From Cyanophora paradoxa CCMP329 (lineage: Eukaryota; Plantae; Glaucophyta), in the NCBI GenBank assembly GCA_004431415.1, contig QPMI01000651.1, positions 1 to 64,000 on the forward strand: a stretch of DNA of 64,000 bases. The letters are read 5' to 3'. A program made the position numbers and the translations under genes. Below, one piece after another: positions 51,630 to 63,100 of this stretch; position 1 is the first letter of the stretch; each line of letters opens with the position of its first letter. Below the pieces are notes generated by a model. It was not told the origin of the DNA. It saw only the letters and a list, made by a program, of their open reading frames with translations, and ran no database searches.

Positions 51630-54600
51630 ATGCCCCGCCCCAGCCACTACCAAATTAAGGAGCTCCAGGACAAGATTCTCGGGAATCTGGCCTTCCTCCT
51701 TGCGAACCACTCCATCAGTGAAAGCGAATATGAATCATACATAAGCCAAACCAACAAGAAGCTCAAGGGGCTTCAAGCTCTCAATCGAGAGCTATTAGGG
51801 AAAATCGAGACCCTTGATGAGACTGATCGCCTTGGCCAAATCCAAGTCGAACAAACTACCACAACTCAAGTCAGAGGAGATGAATACACTACCTTAATAA
51901 ATGAGCATCGCGCTCTGAATAATAAATACATCGATTTCACAATCAGAGCTCAGCACCAGATCCTGACCACTCAAGAGTTTATAGACACCTACTCTGAGGA
52001 ACTCCACACAAGGCTCCAAGATGCCATCAATTCACAAATGTCGATTAAAACTCGCTTTACATTTGTCTGTCGCTTTTCTAAGGCCAATAATTCGAGAGAT
52101 TTTATTACCAAGCACATTTACAGCACCTATGCTATCATGACAAGATCTCGAATCCTCACAAAAGAGACAGCTAAACTTGCCAAGGAATGCCAGTCGCAAA
52201 TTAATGTCACAGATAGCTACAGATTAGATAGCATCCAAGCCCTCAGGGTCATTGTTCTCTCCTTTAAGCCAATCTCAGGAGGAGCATTTATTCCATTGCC
52301 TGAGTGGCTGAAGAATAAACGCGCCATTGTCAATGTTAATAACAAGGACAATAGGTGCTTTGAATACTCCATCCTGAGCTATATTCACAAGGACGAAGTA
52401 AATAGCCACAAGCGCAATGAGACTTCCCAATACAGGAGGTGGTTCAAAAAAGAACTAAATTTCGAGGGCATTGAGTTTCCTGTGAAGGCGGATGCTGATA
52501 CTATTGATCTCTTTGAAAATCTCAATCCAGCAATCTCTGTTAATATTTACGACCCCTCTAACTCTACAGAAGAAATTAATCTACTCCACAACAGCTCCTC
52601 AAGGAACAGGAAACACCAAGTGGATCTGCTGCTAATTACAGACGAAAATGGTAACAGTCATTATACCACAATATTCAGCATGTCCAGAGTCTTAGCTAAA
52701 AATGATAAGCAGCGACTCCATTTCTGTAAAACCTGTTCCAACCACTTCAAGACTGAGGAGAAGCTTCAATCCCACATTCAAAGCAAACGTTGTGTGGATT
52801 GGAAGACAAGTGCTGGAGAGACCCCAAAACAACCCACATTCATTGAATTTGGTCTTAAACATCTCTCAAAGACTGTATTCCTCCCCGTGATTGCCTATTG
52901 CTATTTCGATTATGAAACAGATATTTCTGGTATGTTCAAGATCAAATCAATCTCACTGACAGCTCTTCATAATAATAGAGTAGTACTCACTAAAACCCAC
53001 TCCAACATCTTTGAGCTCCTGAGTACCCTCGACAGCACAGCCCCAGAGCTATTCAAAGCCCTATTTACCAACATCCCAATGTCACTGACCAAAGAGCAGA
53101 AACGTACCCATTACCTTGCTAAAACCTGCTACATCTGTGAGGGTACGTTTTCCCAAGACAACTATAAAGTGAGGGATCATGACCATCAAACAGGCGATTT
53201 TGTAGGCTCAGCCTGTCGCAAATGTAATCTCCACAGACGCACCAGCAATCTCACCAAGATTCCCATAGTGACCAATGATCTGTCCCTATCTGGAACGCAG
53301 ATATTCAAGGCAGTCGCCTTAAATCCCGAAAAAAGGGTGGAAGTCCTCGCAAAATCGTTTGACAACTACATGTCGATCACTTGGGGTTGCTTTAAATTCA
53401 TTGACATCAAAAACTTTATTGATTATGGCGTCCAGAACGTGGAAGGATTAATGGAAAAGTTCCAGCTTTTCCGCCAGAAATCACACAAAACTTTTGGGAT
53501 GGATGCTGCCCACTATGTCTCAAGTCCAGGGCTTTCGTGGGACAGCATGCTATCTATTACCAAGCCTAAAATCGAGCTTCTTTCCAACCTTGATATGTAC
53601 AACATGGTTGAAGGCATGATCAGGGGAGGCCTTTCGATTATGAATCATAAATATGCCAAAAAGGAAAGGGACAGCCACATTATATATTTGGATGCCAATA
53701 ACCTATATGGATATGCCCTATCCCAAAAGCTACCCCTCTCGAATTTCCAATGGCACCCAGAACCCTCAAATTACGACCTGTCATCAGCAGAGGGGGCCAT
53801 CTTAGAAGTTGACATCCATTATCCCCAGCACCTCCATCAACTCCACAAAGAACTGCCTCTTGTTATCAAGAGAGCAGAGGATGGACTACAAGCAGCCTGC
53901 GAAGACATTTGTAATTATGTGGTGTCGAAACCTTTGCTCCAATTCATGGTAGCGCAAGGCTTAAAGGTCACCAAAATCCACAGGGTGCTAACATTTACTC
54001 AGGCTGCCTTTATGAAGCCTTACGTCGAATCCAATGCCCAAAACCGCAAAGCAGCCCCTTCCAAACCCGAAAAGGACTTCTTTAAGATCATGAACAATAG
54101 CCTTTTTGGCAAAACCATTGAGAAAGTGAGAGGAAGGTCTAATGTCAAGATTGCCACCAACGAAAAGCAATTTATGAAATACGCCAGATCGCCCCTACTC
54201 AAAGCAGAAACAAGACTAAGCGATTCAGCAGTAGCCTTCGAAATGCTACAGAAAAATGTCAAGTTAGATAAGCCCATAGCAATTGGGGCAGTTGTTTTAG
54301 ATCTTGCCAAGCTGCGGCTATTTGATTATTATTATAACACCATCAAGCGGAAATGGCCAGACTGTAAACTGCTTTTTACTGATACAGATTCGCTTTGCCT
54401 TCAAATAAATTCGAAAACTATAGCAAAAGACCTACAAGACATTGACACCCACCCCACAGAGCTTGGCAAGTTCAAAGATGAGTTTGAGGGCAGAACCATT
54501 ATTGAATATGCTGGGGTAAGGCCGAAATGCTACAGCATTAAAACAGATGATGAGGAAATAAAAAAGCTGGCAGGTGTTTGTAAGGAGACCATTCAAACAG

Positions 54601-54725
54601 ATCTGTCTTTCCAAGATTATAAAGACCATGTGCTCCACCAAAAACCCAAGCAAATCGAAATGACTGTCCAAAAGAAGCTTGAAAATGAGACCTTCAATGT
54701 GAAGATGTCAAAGATTGCTTTCTAA
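51630..54725 (+). CDS. Protein-primed family B DNA polymerase with degenerate exonuclease
   Basis: MPRP start; DANNLYG, KIMNNSLFGK, TDTDS, GKFKDE; DNRCFEY...SHY; zinc insert CYIC...RDHDH...CRKCNL. Confidence 0.95.
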   Translation: MPRPSHYQIKELQDKILGNLAFLLANHSISESEYESYISQTNKKLKGLQALNRELLGKIETLDETDRLGQIQVEQTTTTQVRGDEYTTLINEHRALNNKYIDFTIRAQHQILTTQEFIDTYSEELHTRLQDAINSQMSIKTRFTFVCRFSKANNSRDFITKHIYSTYAIMTRSRILTKETAKLAKECQSQINVTDSYRLDSIQALRVIVLSFKPISGGAFIPLPEWLKNKRAIVNVNNKDNRCFEYSILSYIHKDEVNSHKRNETSQYRRWFKKELNFEGIEFPVKADADTIDLFENLNPAISVNIYDPSNSTEEINLLHNSSSRNRKHQVDLLLITDENGNSHYTTIFSMSRVLAKNDKQRLHFCKTCSNHFKTEEKLQSHIQSKRCVDWKTSAGETPKQPTFIEFGLKHLSKTVFLPVIAYCYFDYETDISGMFKIKSISLTALHNNRVVLTKTHSNIFELLSTLDSTAPELFKALFTNIPMSLTKEQKRTHYLAKTCYICEGTFSQDNYKVRDHDHQTGDFVGSACRKCNLHRRTSNLTKIPIVTNDLSLSGTQIFKAVALNPEKRVEVLAKSFDNYMSITWGCFKFIDIKNFIDYGVQNVEGLMEKFQLFRQKSHKTFGMDAAHYVSSPGLSWDSMLSITKPKIELLSNLDMYNMVEGMIRGGLSIMNHKYAKKERDSHIIYLDANNLYGYALSQKLPLSNFQWHPEPSNYDLSSAEGAILEVDIHYPQHLHQLHKELPLVIKRAEDGLQAACEDICNYVVSKPLLQFMVAQGLKVTKIHRVLTFTQAAFMKPYVESNAQNRKAAPSKPEKDFFKIMNNSLFGKTIEKVRGRSNVKIATNEKQFMKYARSPLLKAETRLSDSAVAFEMLQKNVKLDKPIAIGAVVLDLAKLRLFDYYYNTIKRKWPDCKLLFTDTDSLCLQINSKTIAKDLQDIDTHPTELGKFKDEFEGRTIIEYAGVRPKCYSIKTDDEEIKKLAGVCKETIQTDLSFQDYKDHVLHQKPKQIEMTVQKKLENETFNVKMSKIAF

Positions 54726-54736
54726 TCCCAATATAG

Positions 54737-56105
54737 ATGTCATCAAAGATCACACGCAGACAAACAGAGTACGATGTGAGTATATTGCCAATCCCAATCC
54801 CTCAAGAGGAGAGAGGGGGTCGCATTCAGAAAAAGAGTGACCTCAAAGCTTTAGTTCCTGTGGATATCCCAACTGCCATTGCTGTGCCCCACTTGGATCC
54901 CTTAGCAAGGACATTCTATGACACCAAGGTAGGATTTAAAGGCCTTGCTTCATTGGCCAAAGAGCTTCCAGATGTGCCAAGAAAGACAATCCGTAGATTC
55001 TATGACGCCCAAGAAATCAACCAAATAAATAAACCCCTCCCATCTGCCAAGAAGACTGCCTATATCCCAATAAGACAGCCACTCGACTGCTATGCCATAG
55101 ACCTAATCTTTTATCCCTCATATAGCAAACAGAATCAAGGCTATAACACATTCCTCACAGCTGTAGAAAATACCACAAGGCTCGGCTTTATTATTCCAAT
55201 GAGGGGAAAGACAGCAGAAAGCACATTGAACGCATTTAAGGAGCTTGAGCAACAAGTTCCACGTCCAATAATCAAGATACAAAGTGATGCTGGGAGCGAA
55301 TTCCTGAACAAGGTATTTAAAGACCATTTAGAAACCCAGATGATTGAGCACCAAGTTTCGCAGGTTGGAGATCACAATAGCCAAGGCCGAATAGAGGCCT
55401 TTAATCGCACAATAAAGAAGCTAATTAACTCGTATTGTATAGCGAATAATACTGTAAACTTTTTCGACAAGCTCCAAGATTTTGCCTACAACTACAATAA
55501 TACCATCCACTCAGCAACGGGGATGAAACCAGCAGAGACCACAGAGGTACATGTTCCCCTCATACTCGCAAAAGAAAACGAGAAATTCATGAAGTCAATT
55601 GAATATCTAAAGGACTATCCAACGGGAACCCACGTGAGAACTAAAATAGAGAAGGGTCCATTCGCCAAGCAGGGCAATAATTGGAGCCGCGAAATATTTA
55701 CAATAGAAGGAGTGGAGGGGTTCAAGTTTAGATTGAGGGACATTGCCGGAAAAATGATTGATCGACTTTATGCCCACTACGAATTACAGAAAGTGGAAGC
55801 CGTGGAGTTTCTGGAAGCCCCATCAATAAATGTCATTGAAGAGGCAAAGAAAGAGGCCAGAACAGAGCGACTGTTGGCCAGAGAGGGATTGAGAGGGCTC
55901 CAAATGTGCCGGATAAACCTTTATTGGAGGACAGAGCAGGGAAGAAGAAGAAACAAGGGAGAGAGTTGGAAAGATTGAGGGTGGCAGGGACAGAGAGATT
56001 AGCAGGGGAGCAGAGGCAGTAAGGTGGTATAGAGATTTCTCAAATTCAAAGGAGACCTATGAAGCTCCAGCAATTTCCACGAGATCAAGGAGGAGGGCAG
56101 GATGA
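54737..56105 (+). CDS. Polinton-type rve integrase (two apparent 1-nt losses in the C-terminal tail)
   Basis: YAIDLIF, IQSDAGSEF, GRIEAFNR. Restoring G runs near 55886 and 56006 gives ...RWYRDFSNSKETYEAP..., matching element 1. Confidence 0.92.
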
Positions 56106-56152
56106 CACATCTGTTCCACATTATTGTTTTTTCTTAGCTATTGGTATTCAAA

Positions 56153-56553
56153 ATGCTTGCCAAAGGTTACCATGTGATGCTTGATTTCCAATTCAGCCAA
56201 CCAATTAGCGACCATGTGGGGCTCTCTAAATGGCTCATGACTGTCAGTGAAGACATCATCAAGAAATATGGAATACAGGTTGTCCACAAACATGCTGAGA
56301 TTTTTGATGGCACCAAATCACCCCTGGATTTGCCCAAGTATTATTATTAGATGAAAGCCATTGCTCTGCTCATTGCTACAGTGATCAAGGCATGTTAGCA
56401 ATAGATATATTCAGCTGTGGAAAACAGGCAGAAAGGAATACAAGTTTAATTGCTTTTGAGCTGGAGGAGGAGATAAACAAATATGCTGTTGGATTTGGGG
56501 CAGTGATCAAAAAGAGATTACACCATGAGAAGAGGAGGTTTGAACATGGATGA
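56153..56553 (+). CDS. speD: S-adenosylmethionine decarboxylase-like proenzyme (~133 aa, one apparent frameshift)
   Basis: MLAKGYHVMLDF...VVHKHAEIF; adding one C to the run at 56321-56324 continues PGFAQVLLLDESHCSAHCYSDQGMLAIDIFSCG, i.e. the ESH autocleavage and DIFxCG motifs. Confidence 0.85.
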
Positions 56554-56658
56554 GAGAGGGTAGAGAGGGTAGAGAGGGTAGAGGGTTATATGTAAAAATT
56601 CCCGCGAGAAGAGATTTCCCTTAGAAAGTTTACAAACAACCCTCTACCATGTCTACCC
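56554..56658. repeat. Diverged, inverted second copy of the GGGTAGA iteron array
   Basis: GGGTAGAGGGTTATATGTAAAA...AAAGTTTACAAACAACCCTCTACC resembles the reverse complement of the core of 48501-48682. Confidence 0.85.
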
Positions 56659-56660
56659 AC

Positions 56661-56806
56661 TCCCTGCTGGTACCCAAAAGACGTAATTAATACCCTAAGA
56701 CCTAAAAGAAATGCTTACTACCTTAGTGCCTAAAACGCGCACACATAGGGATACCCCTGTTCCAAGCCTGTAGGCCGAAGGCCGGAGGGCTTGGAACAGG
56801 GGTATC
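56661..56806. repeat. Right TIR of element 2 with terminal hairpin (outer 9 bp missing)
   Basis: Stem 56750-56768 / 56788-56806, loop containing GGCC-GAA-GGCC. Confidence 0.92.
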
Positions 56807-57199
56807 GACTACATCGAAGGGTCTCAGGAGACAGGGCAGCAGATCGCATTTTGCGGGTGCCTTTTCATATTTTTGAATTTTTTAAATTACGTTGTATGTG
56901 ACCTTGGCTTGATTCTTTGATTTCTCAGTGACTACTTCGTCCCGTGCGTTTGTTATTCCTAAGATGTTGTTATTCTTCCTGGAGCTGATCATGAATGGGT
57001 TCTTTATTATGTGTGCATGTATTGTTTGCAGAGGCCTGCCGGTAAATACGTTCTCATGTTGTACTTCGTCAATGTAGCTGATTGCAGTGAATGTCCTTCT
57101 TCGCGCCTGCAGTTTGAAGGGTTCGAATTTGCCGCACACTTACTTGAGCTGACTTCTCGGCTCTGAAATTGACATGGCGTCAGGTGGGGAGTCAAGCTA

Positions 57200-60100
57200 G
57201 GCGCAGACGAATTCCAGAACGCCGGCGCATCGCGACAGCTCGCCCCGGGGCAGCTCAGCAGTGCCGGCCTGAACGGAACCATTGTGAGTAACACCGCAGA
57301 CTCGACCGGCGTGACAGTTGTCCACCGCGCGTTCCATCCCGTGAACAACATTTCCGTGGAGCACACGTGCGGCGTTTTGAAGGCTTGCTCTTCTGCGTTG
57401 GACATGGTCAATTCATGCGGGCCTGAGCGCAGGTACTACTTTGCAACAGAGGACAGCGTGGCGCCGCAAAACTTGATGAGTGAGTTATCGCGCGGAGGCA
57501 CGAGATCTGTTCGACGTCTGACAGTCTTCAATTTTCCCCAACAGTCTATATCAACGTTGTCATTCGCAACGGCGACGGGTCGCCTGCGACGCAGCTGCCT
57601 TACTACGGTGCGCTGGTTTTATTTGTGCAGTCGCACAGCTGGAACTCTACTGAGCCGAGACACGCGCAGTGCGAGATATAGATCCTGGTGCTCCACCTTT
57701 TTCAATACGCGTTTCATCAAGAAATCTGAATGTTGATTCGCGATATCGTTGAAGACCAGGGGCAGTCGCGCACGGCTGCCGGCAGGTATTCGGCCCAGGA
57801 GGACCTCGGTAACTGGGCCACTGACACAATCGACTCCATAAAAACGGACTATTGGGGACCTGGCAAGCAGGTGTACGACGTATCCAGTTCCTTATATGCG
57901 ACGGTGGACTTTCTCGGCACGCGATCTGAGATTTTCATGATGTCCTAATTTATAAAAACCAAATTTGAATAATCTCTTACACACGTTTCAGAAACGAAGA
58001 ACGAGATTTTGGCTCAGCCAGCCGGCACCACCTACACCGGGGCTTCCGGCACCATTGCGAGCAACATCGCCTCGGGAATCGTGGCAGGTTATTATAAACA
58101 GCCCAGAAGAGAATCCGAATGCATTCCTGCTCAGAGCGATCACAGAACGCTGCGAAATCGGATATGTGGCCGAAGATGTGAGGGCGCGCGTCGGATATTC
58201 TTCTGCCACCTCAACCGGAACCCGGTTCGCCGCGGCCCGGTTCGCTTCAGCCGCTTGTTTTCGCTCAGCTGAAGAAGATTGCAATCAGAACGTTCGGCGA
58301 GAAGATTAGCGATCCGATCGCGAACCCCTACGTCGGGACAAACGTCGGCGCAATCTCCACTGCCGACAACATGATCGGGGTCCGCCCTCACATGCGAATC
58401 GAATCGCCTTGCGATCGCCCGACCCGCCGAGCAACTCGTTGACGCGGACCTGCAGGTCTGGTTCTCCTTCGGTCAGCGGAATGGCGGCTGGCTGGAGTCC
58501 GGCGACGCTGTTAGCATCGGGGTAAGGCAATCCCGTCCAGAAAAGATGCAGTATTATAGTTAGTGTCGTGGAAGCCAACTCGAACGTTTTCCTTCAGTTT
58601 GCCATGGGCTTCAGGAGGGCCGACATCCTCGGCTTCAAGGACCCGTACAGATTTGTCGCGCCTCCGGTCACGATGACCGGCCTCACCGGTGAGTCCCGAA
58701 ACGTTAACCGAGCACTAAACACTGCCATCTGCTCAAGCAAGCTTTTATTCGGTTGCTAACGCTAAAGAATCCATCAGCTGGCTGGACGAATCCCGCGACT
58801 GGGCTCACTCCCATTGGCTACAGTCTCACCATTTTTGAGGTTGGCAATGGGACATCCTTCGATTGATATTCTGCACGCGTGCGCGCAAACTAATTGATGC
58901 GATCGAACACAGATTTCTTCGACCGCCAACGCGCCGTCCGCCACGCGCGATCACGTGAAGCGCATCTGCACCGTGGATGGCGTCGCAAAGGGAGAGGCCG
59001 GCGCCGCGATGACGAACGACATGAGCTTGAGCTGCCCCGTCGAGGGATTCGTCTGCGGCAAGTGGTACCGCACGTACCTTCGGGCCTTCAACAAGTTCGG
59101 CGGCTTCCAGGAGAACTCGGTGGCGTTCCAGGCCGTGATTCCGTATTGCGCGGCTCCTCCGACTCCGACGCCGTCGCCGATTCCTCCAGCGACGGGGCCG
59201 ACGCCCGTTCCTCCTACGCCCGCGCCCCGCCCTCCCCCCGGCGCGGACGGGCTGCCGACCGTCCTCACCGCGATCATCGCTGGAGGCGACCGCAGCGTCG
59301 GCCGCGATGCATCCTTCGTCGTCGACGGCTCCCCGTAAGCATCCCTGCAGTCAAATGCTAGCGCTCGCAGCGTGTCTCACCGCTGGCGCTCGCGTTAGAT
59401 CGTACAACCCATCCTGCCCGAAGACCGCAACGTACGAGTACCAGTGGCGCCTCGTGCCGAAGGGAGAGCCCTTCGACGGCGCCTCGACCGTGCTCTTCGA
59501 GACCGCCTTCGGCGCCGACAAGAAGACGGTCCCGCTCGCCACCAGCACCGCGCCGGCCCCTGCTCCCGCCATCCGTGCGTCCCGCGGCAAACCGATCGAC
59601 TATGTAGCCGCTTGTTTGAGAGTTGTGTGCTTTCGTCGCACGCAGCCAACTTCGCGTTCGGCAAGTCGTACACGCTCTACCTGCGCGTGAACTCGACCTG
59701 CCCGGGGGCCGGCTGGGCCGAGGACACCACCTCCGTCACCATCAACGTCCTCGACAAGGTCCTCCCCGTCGTGAAGATCGACACGGAGACCTCCAGCCTC
59801 AAGGACCCCACCAAGCTCACCGACTCCAAGACGCTGACCATGCGCTGCCGCTCCCGTGTCGACCCCGATCCCAGTGCGCCATGACGATTTGGACCTTCGC
59901 CCCGCATGCGTACCCGCGGACGGCGGCTTCTGACCAGGTCGCAGGCTGGCCGAGCGTGGCGGTCATGTCGTGGGTCGCCCCGAACAAGGAGCCCGAGCTC
60001 GCGGAGATCCTCACCTACCTCAACGCGGGCGCCAACAAGGCGGAGAACTTCATGGTCTTCAGCCCCGAGAAGCGCCCCAAGCTCGTCTACGGTGAGCCTC

Positions 60101-63100
60101 TCGATCGCATACACGCGTCGATGCATGCTCGCTCATTGTCCTACTCGCAGATAAGCTGTACCTTCTTGTGAGCGAGATGTTCTAATATATATTAATTGAG
60201 ATCGTGCATCGTTTTTGTGCTCACGATCATCCGCGTTGCGCAGCGCTGCGTGGCCTCGTACCCGAACGCTCCGCAAGACGAGGTCGTGTTCGACGAGATT
60301 CGCGTCCGGTAACTCTTGGAACTCGTTGAAATCCGATTAAGCTGCTCGGTGACCTCGCTTCACAGCCTCATTGGTCCGCCCAAGCCCGGCAAGTGCTCCG
60401 TCACGCCCGCGAATGGCATCCTGCTTCAGGTGCACTCCAACTATATGTAGATACGGAGGGTGTTTCAGCTCTAAAACTCGCCTTTAGGATACCTTCACTG
60501 TTGTGGCTGAGGGCTGGACGGTCTCGGACAACGACACGCTTCCCCTTTCGTATACGCTCAAGGTCCGTGGCAGGGACGAGTATCTGCTTTGTGAATGCAT
60601 TGTGACTCCCCTGTGCAGCGCAACGGCCTGCCGGTGGCGCCCACGCAGTACAGCGGCTCGTTCGCGGAGCTCTCCTTCCCCGTCGGCCAGGTCCCCCTCG
60701 TCATCACCATCTGCGACAAGGAGCGCAGCTGCGCCGGTGCCTTCAGCGTTTGCCTTTACTGATCCTTCTATAGCTTTCATAGACTGAAGCCCGGCTCGTT
60801 TTGCCGCTCTCCGCAGACTGCCAGACGAGCGCGACCGTCGCCTCGCCGCCTGCCGGCTCCGCGTGCGACCTGTACAGGAAGCGGAAGGCGGACCTGGACG
60901 CCAAGCTCGCCGCCGGCGCCATCACCAAGAAGCAGTACGACCAGAGCATCCTGCAGGCCGTCTCGGCCGTCACAAGCCAGTTGCTCGAGGAGGACGCGGG
61001 TGCGCTGGTCCCGTCGTAGTGTGTTAACGTTCGGACACCCTGAAGAGCCCCGCAGCGAACCCGGGCAAGTCGGAGTGCGCGAAGGCCCTGACCGACTCGC
61101 TCTTGAAGGACACGTGCGCGGCGACGAAGGACATGAACGGCACCTCATACGCGGAGGCGGCTCCCGCCATCGGCACCATCCGCGCCTTCTCCCGCCTCGT
61201 TGCCAAGTGCGAAACTCTAATTTTAATTTGAGCTCGCGTTGTTATCCGCCTTTCTGATTTGTAGTCGCCACGTACAGATACCTGAAGTAATTGCACCGCC
61301 CTCGATCCAGCGATTTACGGGGGTTTGCTTACGTTGCCGTTGCGTGTTTCCGCAGCTACTCAGCGGAGCAGATCCTGTACGGATGCTACCCCGACTTTGA
61401 TCCCTGCTCGATCCCTCCGGACCGCTTCGCCGAGATGCTTGGCGGGGTGCGTCATGCATTCGAGTCGGGGTGCGCGGAGCGCGATCTCACCGCACTGGCC
61501 CGGGGCGGCGCCCGCACCCGCAGGCGGCGGCTACGATGTCGAGCGCCATCGCCTCCGACAGCTGGACGCCGAGCACGGCGACCGGCCTGGACGCCACAGC
61601 CGGCAAAGGAACCTCCTCTCCCCTGAAGGACGTCCTCAGCAACCTCATCAAGGCGCGATCCGGGTGCGTCGAGCGCATGTTTGTAATCAAGTGTTGAATA
61701 TTCATCATCACGATCGTCCGATCGCAAACCGCTCACTTGACTCAACACCCAGTTGCATGCCGTGCGGCGACGGTATGAAGAGGAACGCCGCTGACGAGGC
61801 TGCACTGGTGCGCATACGCAATAATAGAACAAACATCCGGCACAATTATATTCCTGACGCGCGTCCTTGGACGTTTTTAACATCAGACTGCTGGCAAGAG
61901 TGCGTCCACATGCACATTTGAGATTATTTGCATTCCCTCGCATTGCTGACACTGAGTGCGCCTTCCGCGGCGTACAGTCTGCTTCCCTGATCCCCCCGAC
62001 CGCGTGCGCTTGCCTTTCGGGACATTTATTTTCACCCGATCGCGATTTTGACAACGCGTGCGCAGGACGGCGTCTGGTTCGAAAATTCGCTCTTGCAATG
62101 CTGAAGAGCTCGAGCTCGCGATGTAACTGACCCGGTTTCCAGGTTCACGATTCCCACAAATGTCGCCGACAACGTCAACAGCGCGGTGGTACTCCTTCCT
62201 GACGAAATCAAGGCGAGCATTTCTAGAAGTATAGATGCGTAGAATTGAGCGTGCACATGTCATTTCTGACTGGTACGCGGGCAGAGATTCGTGCCGAAGG
62301 ACGGGAACGACGGCACGTATAAATATTGATCGAATTTTGACTCGTTACCGTCTGCACACTAATCGAACCTGAGCAGGTTTCGCCGTTTCGGTCCTCACGA
62401 TGAGCAAGCCTCCCTTCGCGCCGGTCTACAAGGGGCCCGCAGGTGCTGTCGTGGGCACCGCTCGCATTTCCGGCCTCTTCGTGGACATTACGGTCCTGGG
62501 CGTCCCAATTTCCGGCATCAACCCGGAGTTTCCCATCATCATTGAGGTGGGCGCACGGCTGGTTTTCAGTGGATCGCTGCAATTGTTCGGTTCCTGACGC
62601 GTGGAACGCATACAGATTCCCTACGCCCAGGGAGTCGAGAGGCCGACGAAGCAGCAGGTGCGGTTTCAATGTCGCCAGATGCAGGGTAACACAGTGGGCG
62701 CTCATTTTCGCACGGCTGATCGCGTCTGTTGTTATGTAGTACCTGCTCTTCTGGAACGGTGCGGTTGCATTTCGTCTTTCCTTCGCTCCGATGAGAGCTC
62801 TCTAATCGAATCACCGCAGTGACATCGGAGAGCTGGGAGCCGTGCGACCCCTACGGCACGGGTCTCAACATGGCGGTGAGCTTTGGGCGTCGTCTAAGTC
62901 GAAAGCTCGTTCACTGAAACATTTCACTGAAAGCTCGGCGATCCCAACGTCATCACGCGTGGCTCCGGCGACGTGCGTGCCCATTCAGCCTTCCGGAAGT
63001 ATAACGCTGAAAAAGTTTTCGCGATGCAGATCTTCTTCAAGGACGGCACCTACTACGCCCGCGGCCGCTGCACGCACCTTACGACGTTCACCGTCGGCGA

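Larger units (their letters stand above)
28172..56806. mobile_element. Endogenous Polinton-like virus, element 2 (near complete, ~28.6 kb)
   Basis: Imperfect ~146-bp TIRs with hairpins, full structural and replication gene set, AT-rich against GC-rich flanks. Confidence 0.95.

Noticed and set aside
28172-56806. Classification as canonical Maverick/Polinton or Lavidaviridae virophage
   Set aside because: No adenain-like maturation protease, no AG...CT ends and no 6-bp TSD were seen; the ~455-aa MCP fits PLVs better. Phylogeny is needed.
56807-56816. CTACAT near both right junctions (26715-26720 and 56809-56814) as TSD or target motif
   Set aside because: It is absent from the left junction of element 2 and offset differently, so it may be chance.
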